Shown piece by piece: positions 42,602-50,341 of a DNA stretch of 64,000 bases. The position numbers and the translations under genes are program-made. The stretch is from Bacteroidales bacterium (GTDB lineage: Bacteria > Bacteroidota > Bacteroidia > Bacteroidales > UBA1715): contig JAFXAU010000003.1 of assembly GCA_017516865.1 (NCBI GenBank), positions 11,909-75,908 of the forward strand, written 5' to 3'. Under the pieces are notes generated by a model. That model was given only the letters and a program-made list of their open reading frames with translations. It was not told the origin of the DNA and did not search any database. Positions within the stretch are counted from its first letter, which is position 1, and each line of letters opens with the position of its first letter.

Positions 42602-44218
42602 TTATTTTGTGTTGCCCACAATTCGTCTGAGAGCATCCGTCAGGCGGTCAACTTCCTCGCGGGTGTTATAGACTGCAAACGTGGGACGGACAGACATTTC
42701 GTAGCCCAAGGCACGCAATGCCGGCTGTGCACAATGGTGTCCCGCACGAACGGCAATTCCTTCTTTGTCGAGCATTTGTCCGACTTGAGGAGCAGGAATG
42801 CCGGGAATGTCGAACGAAACCACGCTCACGCGTTTTTGGGGATTTCCCATAAGTGTGATGCCCGGAATGAGTGCGATTTGCTGGCGTGCGTACTCGGTCA
42901 GGTCATGTTCGTGGCGTTCAATATTGTGAATGCCGACACTGCTGACAAAATCAAGAGCGTAGCCCAAACCAATAGCGTCGGCAATGTTAGGCGTGCCTGC
43001 TTCGAAACGGGCAGGAGGTTCGTTGAACTCAGTTTTTTCTATGGTCACATCCTTTATCATATTGCCACCGCCCTGCCACGGGGGAAGTAGTTCCAACGCC
43101 TCTTTCTTGCCGTAAATCACGCCGATTCCCGACGGACCGTATATTTTGTGTCCCGAAAAAACAAAATAGTCGCAATCCATATCCTGCACGTCGATTTTGG
43201 TATGTGCAACCGACTGCGCCCCGTCAATCAGCACGGGAATGTTGTGCGAGTGGGCAATTTTTATGATGGTTTTCACATCGTTGATTGTCCCGAACGTATT
43301 GTTAACGTGACCCACCGAGATGAATTTCGTCCGTGGTGTTATCAGTCGCTCAAGCTCTGGCAAAATCAAGTCACCGTTTTTGTCAATAGGAATCGCCCGT
43401 AGTTCCGCATTGCGTTCCTTGCACACTTGCTGCCACGGCACAATGTTGGCGTGGTGGTCGAGTGTTGACACAATCACGTTGTCGTTCTCCAGCAGATACT
43501 TGCGTCCAAATGTCTGAGCCACAAGGTTGATACCTTCGGTTGTGCCACGAACAAACACGATGTTGTCGGTTGACGGAGCATTGATGAACCGTGCAACTTT
43601 CTCGCGTGCCGCCTCGTACTGGTCGGTAGCCCGTGCGGCAAGCGTGTGTGCTCCTCGGTGAATGTTTGAATAGTCAGTCTTGTAGAAATGGCTGAGACCG
43701 TCAATCACACGCAAGGGTTTTTGTGTGGATGCCCCATTGTCGAACCACACCAAATCTTTCCCGTTCACCTTCTGGTCGAGAATAGGGAACTGCTTCCGAA
43801 TCTCCGTTTGGTCTATCGTATCGGCTTCCTCGTAGTGCAGGTTGCGCACGAGTTCCGTTTCGGGAATGCCAATGCCAAATCCGTTGTCTGTCAGCAGACA
43901 CTTTTTCGAGTCTGGCTCCACATCGTCAGCGGAACGGGAATGCGTGATTTTCGAGGGGGCTTCGTATGTCTGTATATCTTCGCCAAAATACTTCTCCACT
44001 ACACTTTTGAACATTTCGGTTTCGCTTGCCGAAAGTTCACCCGCCAACGGAAACTGGGGCATTTGGAATCCGTCGAAATCAGCTTCGGAAGTCGTGGGAA
44101 CTTGCGCCCGCACCGGATTTTCATCTGGCACGGGGGCGTCGCCGTCGAGTCCAATTTGCGGAATATGTCCCAATTCGGGAATATCTGGTCGAAAATTATC
44201 TAATTCGTTACCGTACAT
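42602..44218 (-). CDS. SufS-type (class V aminotransferase) cysteine desulfurase with a ~135-aa disordered N-terminal extension; predicted encapsulin cargo
   Basis: PLP-Lys motif FSGHKIYGPSG and catalytic-Cys loop RAGHHCAQP. The N-terminal 1-135 is Pro/Asp/Glu-rich with no fold signature. The start overlaps the shell gene stop (TAATG). Confidence 0.85.
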   Translation of the reverse strand: MYGNELDNFRPDIPELGHIPQIGLDGDAPVPDENPVRAQVPTTSEADFDGFQMPQFPLAGELSASETEMFKSVVEKYFGEDIQTYEAPSKITHSRSADDVEPDSKKCLLTDNGFGIGIPETELVRNLHYEEADTIDQTEIRKQFPILDQKVNGKDLVWFDNGASTQKPLRVIDGLSHFYKTDYSNIHRGAHTLAARATDQYEAAREKVARFINAPSTDNIVFVRGTTEGINLVAQTFGRKYLLENDNVIVSTLDHHANIVPWQQVCKERNAELRAIPIDKNGDLILPELERLITPRTKFISVGHVNNTFGTINDVKTIIKIAHSHNIPVLIDGAQSVAHTKIDVQDMDCDYFVFSGHKIYGPSGIGVIYGKKEALELLPPWQGGGNMIKDVTIEKTEFNEPPARFEAGTPNIADAIGLGYALDFVSSVGIHNIERHEHDLTEYARQQIALIPGITLMGNPQKRVSVVSFDIPGIPAPQVGQMLDKEGIAVRAGHHCAQPALRALGYEMSVRPTFAVYNTREEVDRLTDALRRIVGNTK

Positions 44219-45657
44219 TATTTTTCAATTTGATTTCTATGTTGATAATCATGATAATAGCCAACTTCCACGTTTTCAAGAACAGCTATGGCATCGTCGG
44301 TAAGACTTGCAAGACTGAAATATTTTGTAAGCAAGTAGCTTGCCACGCCATATTGGTCTAATCCCATAAGCCGTGCCGACAAAGAAGGGGCAATTTCGCC
44401 AGGAATGCCTGCCTGATGCAGACCAACAACTCCTTGTTCCTTTTCGCCCGTGCGAACCAAAATAATATCGGTTGTGCCAACGCCGCGACTCGTCAGATAT
44501 TGGCCTTTAATCTCGACTTTGTCAGACGGAATGATTGGCACGCCACGCCACGTAATCACTTTTGTTCCAAACAAATCAATCGATACAGGCGGAACACCGC
44601 GCCACGTACATTCACGCTCGAAAGCGGCTATGGCACGTGGATGAGCGATGAAAAACGCCGGTTCTTTCCAAACGAGCGACAAAAGTTCGTCAAGGTCGTC
44701 GGGAGTCGGCGCACCATAGCGGGCGCTGATTTTGTAACCGGGAGCGGCCTGTGCCAACAAACCGAACTTTTTGTTGTTAATGAGTTCCCATTCCTGACGT
44801 TCCTTGATACTTTCGATTGAAAGACGCAACTGCTGTTCCAGCTGATTGTAAGGAGCGTTGAACAAATCGCTTACACGAGTATGTACACGGACAACCGTCT
44901 GTAATGTGTTGAGAGAATATTCCGTCGGATTTTCTTCGTAGTCGATATACGTTTCGGGAATAATGTTGTCCTCTTCGTGACCAGAAACAAGGTCGATGTG
45001 CTTTTCGCCGTGGTCGTTCACCGTTGCTTTCAGACGAAGATGGTCGTCAACCGCATTGTTGAACTGTTCGCGGAAATTCGGCTTTTCGTCGATTAATTTT
45101 TCAAGAGCGGGAGTTTCCAACTGGAGAAATGTGGAATTTGTGAGCGAACGAACCGTAACGGTTGAGTCTGCGGCACTAAGCAAATCGGATTCGCCAAAAT
45201 ATTCGCCTGCGCCCAACAATGCAATACGAAGTTCCTCGCCGTGGATTCCCGTGCTGATTACTTCTGCCTGTCCGCTTGCGACAATAAAGAATTTTTGTTT
45301 GTCCTTGCCTTGTGTGATAAGATTTTTACCACGTTTTACCTCTACGGGGACGAAATTCCGTGCAAGGTCGGCTACAATTTCCTGGTCAATGCTTGAAAAA
45401 AGCGGAATTTGACGCAAATCTTTCGCCGTGAAACTTGCCACACCGTCGAAATATTGAATAGCGATTCGGTCGGCTTTTTTCAGTTCCACCTTCGTGCGGT
45501 TTACACGGTATGTACCACTTTCCACCTGCGTCCAAGGTAATAATTTCAAGAGAAGACGAGGAGTAATTGACCCCATCTGCGGGGGTGTTTTGGTTGTGTT
45601 TGCAAGTTTTCGAGCCGTTGCTGTCGTAATACTGCGTTGAATGTTACTGTCTGCCAT
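44218..45657 (-). CDS. Family 2 encapsulin nanocompartment shell protein with an inserted cNMP-binding-like domain (2B architecture)
   Basis: N-arm ARKLANTTKTPPQMGSITPRLLLKLLPWTQVESGTYRVN. C-terminal GAPTPDDLDELLSLVWKEPAFFIAHPRAIAAFERECTWRGVPP...SLASLTDDAIAVLENVEV closely matches my recollection of SrpI-type family 2 shells. Residues ~78-200 are CRP-like (FGE). Confidence 0.85.
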   Translation of the reverse strand: MADSNIQRSITTATARKLANTTKTPPQMGSITPRLLLKLLPWTQVESGTYRVNRTKVELKKADRIAIQYFDGVASFTAKDLRQIPLFSSIDQEIVADLARNFVPVEVKRGKNLITQGKDKQKFFIVASGQAEVISTGIHGEELRIALLGAGEYFGESDLLSAADSTVTVRSLTNSTFLQLETPALEKLIDEKPNFREQFNNAVDDHLRLKATVNDHGEKHIDLVSGHEEDNIIPETYIDYEENPTEYSLNTLQTVVRVHTRVSDLFNAPYNQLEQQLRLSIESIKERQEWELINNKKFGLLAQAAPGYKISARYGAPTPDDLDELLSLVWKEPAFFIAHPRAIAAFERECTWRGVPPVSIDLFGTKVITWRGVPIIPSDKVEIKGQYLTSRGVGTTDIILVRTGEKEQGVVGLHQAGIPGEIAPSLSARLMGLDQYGVASYLLTKYFSLASLTDDAIAVLENVEVGYYHDYQHRNQIEK

Positions 45658-45687
45658 AATTTCTGTTTTAAAATGTTAATCAATATG

Positions 45688-46086
45688 TTATCTTAATTGT
45701 ATTTTTTCTTTGACTTCGCCGCCAACAATCGAAAAAGCGTTGAATACAGGTCTTTCGTCGGCAAGCGAGAGAATGAAATAGAGAATGTTCGGGTCGAACG
45801 CAAGCCGTATGTCTTCCGCCGACGGACGCGACGGCGAGGCGGGGTGGCTGTGCCAATTCCCTACAATCACCAATCCGTTTTGCCGTGCATATTTAACCGC
45901 CGCGAACTGCTCCTTCGGGTCGAAACTGAAATGCTCCTCCGACTGGTCGATGTTACGCATAGGATAGCTCACCGTGGCCGTTTTATTGTCGGGTCCCAAC
46001 AGATAGCCGCACGATTCAATCGGTGCGTCGTTCCGTGCTTGTGCCAACAGCGACTGGTACGCTTCTTCCGTTATTGTTATTTCCAT
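45688..46086 (-). CDS. JAMM/MPN+ (Mov34) metalloprotease, Mec+/HcyD/QbsD-like
   Basis: The upstream Glu (PIESCGYLLG) and HSHPASPSRPSAED (H-x-H-x7-S-x2-D) are present. 132 aa. Confidence 0.85.
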   Translation of the reverse strand: MEITITEEAYQSLLAQARNDAPIESCGYLLGPDNKTATVSYPMRNIDQSEEHFSFDPKEQFAAVKYARQNGLVIVGNWHSHPASPSRPSAEDIRLAFDPNILYFILSLADERPVFNAFSIVGGEVKEKIQLR

Positions 46087-46088
46087 CT

Positions 46089-46310
46089 TTATTTCCGAAT
46101 TGTAACTTTATGAATATTTCCTTCCACTTTGCTGATATCCAGCACCTTAAAACCCTGTTCGGTTGCCGAGCGTGGTACATTGTTGAGTGGTTCGCCATCG
46201 GTAAGCAACACTTCGAGAATGTCGCCTTCGGCTATTTGAGCCAATTTCAGTTTGGTCTTTACAAACGTCATTGGGCAATGTTCCTTTGTTATGTCTAACG
46301 TGTGGGTCAT
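46089..46310 (-). CDS. TusA/SirA-like sulfur carrier protein
   Basis: 73 aa with an N-terminal LDITKEHCPMTFVKTK (Cys-Pro motif of the TusA family). Confidence 0.75.
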   Translation of the reverse strand: MTHTLDITKEHCPMTFVKTKLKLAQIAEGDILEVLLTDGEPLNNVPRSATEQGFKVLDISKVEGNIHKVTIRK

Positions 46311-46350
46311 AGGAGTTAAAATTTAAGAGTTAAGAGTTATGAATGATTTG

Positions 46351-46830
46351 CTAAATGAACATGGTTCTTCCGCCTTCGGACAATTCCAAAAATGTTGCGA
46401 CACCCAGCGTGTCTTTCACTTCGTGGATAAAGTCAGATTGTTGAAGACCGAGTACGTGCATTGCCATTTCGCAAGCGTACAAGTTCACGCCGAGGGCTGT
46501 AGCCGCCTCCACAAGTTCCTCGAGCGTCGCCACGTTGTTTTTACGCATCAGCGAGCGGAAGATTTTTGGACCTATGCCACAAAAATTGAATCGGCTTGTA
46601 GGCGTCACATGCAAGCCGCCCATCATAAATCCGAACATTTTCGTGAGCCAGTTTCCGCCCACAAACGAGCGTCCTTTCTTTTGTTTTATGGCGTCGAGCC
46701 CCCAAAACGTAAAGAAAATGTTTACTTCGTAACCTACCGCGGCCGCTCCAGTCGCAAGCGTAAATACAGCCGTCAGTTTGTCAAATTCGCCAGAAAAGGC
46801 AATTAAGGAAAGTTTCTTTGTTTCTGCCAT
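46351..46830 (-). CDS. DsrE/DsrF/DrsH-like sulfur-relay family protein
   Basis: KKLSLIAFSGEFDKLTAVFTLATGAAAVGYEVNIFFTFWGL...ACEMAMHVLG...ATFLE matches the family pattern from memory. The ATG at 46830 is preferred. Confidence 0.65.
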   Translation of the reverse strand: MAETKKLSLIAFSGEFDKLTAVFTLATGAAAVGYEVNIFFTFWGLDAIKQKKGRSFVGGNWLTKMFGFMMGGLHVTPTSRFNFCGIGPKIFRSLMRKNNVATLEELVEAATALGVNLYACEMAMHVLGLQQSDFIHEVKDTLGVATFLELSEGGRTMFI

Positions 46831-46838
46831 AGTGATAT

Positions 46839-47654
46839 TTATTTTTTGTGAGAAGCAAGGTCGCACGTACCTTGTTCATAATCAATTAATTGAGTTATTG
46901 TTGGATGTTCACCGCAAAGAGAACAATTTTCACGTCGTTTTACGTTTATTTTTCTGAAATCCATTGTTTTTGCGTTGAATGTCAGCAATTTGTCGGTCAA
47001 CAATTCGCCAACGCCTGTTATGTATTTCAATGCTTCGGCGGCTTGGATTGTGCCCAACATTCCCGCAATTGCGCCCAGCACTCCCGCCTGCGAGCAAGTG
47101 GGAACCGCATTTGGTGGCGGCGGTGTTTTAAACATGCAACGGTAGCAAGCGTGTCCCGGAACGTATGTGAACGTTTGCCCTTCAAAACGGAGTATTCCAC
47201 CGTGGCTAAAAGGTTTTCCTGCCATTACGCACGCATCGTTAATGAGAAATTTCACAGGGAAATTATCGGTTCCGTCAATCACAAAATCGTAGTCTTTTAT
47301 AATGTCGAGAGCGTTGCTTGCCCATAGGAAATCCTTGTGGGTAACCACTTTCACGTGTGGATTTATTGCATTCATCGTCTCCTTTGCCGATTCAACCTTC
47401 GGTTTCCCGACATCGGGTGTCGTGTGGATAATTTGTCGCTGTAGATTGCTTAAATCAACCACATCGCCGTCAACTATTCCTATGGTTCCAATTCCTGCCG
47501 CAGCCAAGTACATGGCAACCGGGGCACCCAATCCGCCTGCTCCCACGACAAGAACTTTTGCCTCGCGTATTTTTTCCTGACCCTCGACGCCCACATCTTT
47601 AAGCAATATGTGACGGGAATAGCGGGTCAATTCTTCTTCCGTAAAATCAAACAT
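46839..47654 (-). CDS. MoeB/ThiF/HesA-type E1-like adenylyltransferase (no rhodanese domain)
   Basis: RYSRHILL...VLVVGAGGLGAP nucleotide loop, DLSNLQRQ, Zn motifs CYRC and CSLC, and conserved PTCSQAGVLG. Confidence 0.85.
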   Translation of the reverse strand: MFDFTEEELTRYSRHILLKDVGVEGQEKIREAKVLVVGAGGLGAPVAMYLAAAGIGTIGIVDGDVVDLSNLQRQIIHTTPDVGKPKVESAKETMNAINPHVKVVTHKDFLWASNALDIIKDYDFVIDGTDNFPVKFLINDACVMAGKPFSHGGILRFEGQTFTYVPGHACYRCMFKTPPPPNAVPTCSQAGVLGAIAGMLGTIQAAEALKYITGVGELLTDKLLTFNAKTMDFRKINVKRRENCSLCGEHPTITQLIDYEQGTCDLASHKK

Positions 47655-47691
47655 AGTTCGTGTGTTTTAAATTAAAGTTATGGATATGGTT

Positions 47692-47904
47692 TTACTTGCT
47701 TCCGCCTCCCATAAAGTACAGAAAATCAACGGAATCACCTTCGTTAAGAATGGTCGTGTCGAAATCCTCTCTATCGACAAATTCTTCGTTTACCTGCACA
47801 CTGACCATTTCTGGCTGTGCCACGTTATTTTGTTTTATCAGCTCCGCCACGGAAATGGGGAGTTTTACTTCTTGATTTTCACCGTTTACTGTAATTGTCG
47901 CCAT
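47692..47904 (-). CDS. ThiS/MoaD-family ubiquitin-like sulfur carrier with a C-terminal GG followed by extra residues (…MGGGSK)
   Basis: 70 aa. MATITVNGENQEV...ILNEGDSVDFLYFMGGGSK* is a ThiS-like beta-grasp pattern with the diglycine not at the terminus. Confidence 0.75.
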   Translation of the reverse strand: MATITVNGENQEVKLPISVAELIKQNNVAQPEMVSVQVNEEFVDREDFDTTILNEGDSVDFLYFMGGGSK

Positions 47905-47925
47905 AATACGTTGATTTTTAAACTG

Positions 47926-48856
47926 TTACTTACTAAATAATGTTGTTGACAGGTACCGTTCGCCAGAATCGGGCAAAAGAACCACAATTCGTTTTCCCTT
48001 GTTTTCGGGGCGCTTTGCAATTTCAATCGCGGCGTGCAAAGCAGCACCCGACGAAATCCCCACTAAAATACCTTCGCGTCGTGAAATGTAGCGTGCCGCC
48101 TCAAAAGCATCATCGTCGGCCACCCGGAATATTTCGTCGTACACTCGAGTGTTGAGAATTTTGGGAATAAATCCCGCTCCTATACCCTGTAGTTTGTGTG
48201 GTCCCGCCTTGTGTCCCGACAACACGGCACTTCCCAGTGGTTCCACTGCATGCCTTAGCGTCGGGATTTTGTTTTTTCAGCGTCTCTCCAATACCAGTAA
48301 TTGTTCCGCCTGTTCCGACTCCAGCGACAAAAAAGTCAATCTGCCCGTCGGTGTCGGCTATAATTTCTTGTGCCGTCGTTTCGATGTGGGCTTCGGGATT
48401 GGCAGGATTTTCGAACTGTTGCGGAATGAATGCATTGCCAATCTCCGCCGCCAATTCCTTTGCTTTCCTAATAGATCCTGGCATTCCCTCGTAAGCGGGC
48501 GTGAGCACCAGTTCCGCACCCAACGCCTTCAGCAGAGAACGACGTTCTTTGCTCATGGAGTCGGGCATCGTAAGAATCAATCTGTAGCCACGAGTGGCGG
48601 CAACCAAAGCCAGCCCGATGCCAGTGTTGCCGCTCGTTGGTTCTATAATTACCGTTCGGCTGTCAATCAACCCTTTTTTCTCGGCTTTTTCTATAAGAAA
48701 CAGCCCAACGCGGTCCTTCACACTTCGTCCCGGATTCAAAAACTCAAGTTTCGCCACAATTTGCGCTTTTGTTTTCTGCTCCTTCTCGATTTTCGAAAGT
48801 TCCAAAAGTGGCGTACCACCTATCAATTGTGTTATATCGCCTGCTATCTTTGCCAT
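47926..48856 (-). pseudogene. cysK: Cysteine synthase (O-acetylserine sulfhydrylase) CysK/CysM-like, split by a frameshift near 48247-48251
   Basis: The N-part (48856 downwards) has SVKDR (PLP Lys), TSGNTG and GVGTGGTITG up to ...KKQNPDAKA. The C-part ([12 protein letters not shown]...GISSGAAL...) continues in another frame (ORF 47926-48246). Confidence 0.8.
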
Positions 48857-48887
48857 TTTCTTAGACCTTTGTTTTACAATCACGATG

Positions 48888-48895
48888 CAAATATA
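48888..48895 (-). promoter_or_regulatory. -7 promoter box (reverse complement TAtaTTTG) for the sulfur-relay/encapsulin operon
   Basis: caaatata on the plus strand, 32 nt upstream of the cysK ATG at 48856. Confidence 0.45.
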
Positions 48896-48948
48896 AAACA
48901 ATTAACATACAAACCTACTATGTTAATAGGTTATTTTTAAAAATTTTT

Positions 48949-48956
48949 TATTTTTG
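48949..48956 (+). promoter_or_regulatory. -7 promoter box (TAttTTTG) for the divergent MetY-like gene
   Basis: tatttttg lies 34 nt upstream of the ATG at 48990. Confidence 0.45.
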
Positions 48957-48989
48957 CACTGTTAAACGACAATTATACAATATTATAAT

Positions 48990-50171
48990 ATGGAAAAACA
49001 AACAAAAACAGTACGCACGTCGCAAAAGATTTCCGACGCATACGGAGCACTCAACATGCCAGTTTATAATTCGGCCGCCTACGGCTTTCCTTCGGCAAAA
49101 GCAATGGCAGACGCTTTTGTGGGCAGAACCGATTCTCCAACGTATTCACGTGTGTCTAATCCTACGGTTGCATATTTTGAAGAACGGGTTGCCCAACTCA
49201 GTGGAGCAAAGCACGTTTTTGCCTTTAACTCGGGTATGGCGGCGATTAGCTGCACGCTTTTTGCACTCGCTGCGAGCGGAAAAAACATCGTTACTTCGGC
49301 ACATCTGTTCGGGAACACCGTTTCGTTATTAACGAACACTTTGGGACGGTTCGGAGTTGAAACACGCTTTGTCGATTTGCTCGACAGCGAGGCGGTTGCA
49401 AATGCAATAGACGACAACACGGCCTGCGTGTTTCTTGAAATCATCACCAATCCGCAACTCGAGGTTGTTGACATTCAGAGTCTTTCGTCAATCACCAAAA
49501 AGAAAAACATTCCGCTTGTCGCCGACACCACTATTATTCCGTTCACGCAATTTAGCGCGGAAGCGTTAGGAGTTGACATTGAAGTGCTTTCGAGCACAAA
49601 ATACATTTCGGGCGGAGCGACGACATTGGGCGGCTTGGTGCTTGACTATGGAAATTTCCCGCAATTATACCGTTATATGAAGTTCGAACTTCTTTATAAC
49701 ATTGGTAGTTATATGACGCCTCAGGTCGCTTTTATGCAGACACTTGGCCTTGAAACATTGGATATGCGTTACCGCACGCAGGCAAACAACGCCCTCGAAC
49801 TTGCCCGAAGGTTGAAACAAGTTCCCGAAATTATAGATGTAAATTACGTCGGACTGAGCGACAACGTGTTCCACACGCTGGCAAAAGCTCAATTTGGAGG
49901 AACATTTGGAGCAATGCTCACCATTGATTTGGAAGACAAACAGCATGCGTTTGCTTTTATCGATAATTTGAAACTTATCAGTCGCGCAACCAATCTTTTC
50001 GACAGCAAATCGCTGGCTATCCACCCTGCATCAACAATATTTGGCGCTTTTGCAGGTTCACAGCGTCGCGCTATGAACGTACGCGACAACACCGTGCGAC
50101 TCAGCATAGGATTGGAAGACGTGAAAGATTTATATGACGATATTGTTCAGGCACTAAAAGGATCTATTTAA
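48990..50171 (+). CDS. Cys/Met-metabolism PLP enzyme (O-acetylhomoserine sulfhydrylase MetY-like / gamma-lyase family)
   Basis: YSRVSNPT, SGMAAI and PLP-Lys motif LSSTKYISG. 393 aa. Confidence 0.75.
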   Translation: MEKQTKTVRTSQKISDAYGALNMPVYNSAAYGFPSAKAMADAFVGRTDSPTYSRVSNPTVAYFEERVAQLSGAKHVFAFNSGMAAISCTLFALAASGKNIVTSAHLFGNTVSLLTNTLGRFGVETRFVDLLDSEAVANAIDDNTACVFLEIITNPQLEVVDIQSLSSITKKKNIPLVADTTIIPFTQFSAEALGVDIEVLSSTKYISGGATTLGGLVLDYGNFPQLYRYMKFELLYNIGSYMTPQVAFMQTLGLETLDMRYRTQANNALELARRLKQVPEIIDVNYVGLSDNVFHTLAKAQFGGTFGAMLTIDLEDKQHAFAFIDNLKLISRATNLFDSKSLAIHPASTIFGAFAGSQRRAMNVRDNTVRLSIGLEDVKDLYDDIVQALKGSI

Positions 50172-50341
50172 AGACCATTATAAAAATTCATGTCATATTG
50201 AGAATTGCTAAAACGATATGAATGTATGCGACGTATGTTACATGTGATTTTATCTATGATTTGGCAATAATACCTAAAAATGATTATTGGAGCAAAAAAC
50301 GAAAATGTGTACATTCGCAGGGTAAAAATTAGCGTAAAGCA

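Noticed and set aside
48149-48940. 263-aa plus-strand ORF opposite cysK, plus other long antisense ORFs (42596-43090, 43688-44203, 44416-44820, 46339-46806, 46890-47327)
   Set aside because: All lie antisense to genes with strong family signatures in a moderately GC-rich operon. They have no motifs and a composition typical of shadow ORFs.
48857-48989. SAM or other riboswitch upstream of the MetY-like gene or of the sulfur operon
   Set aside because: The leaders are only ~30-35 nt after the predicted -7 boxes and are AT-rich without conserved helices. That is too short for a riboswitch.
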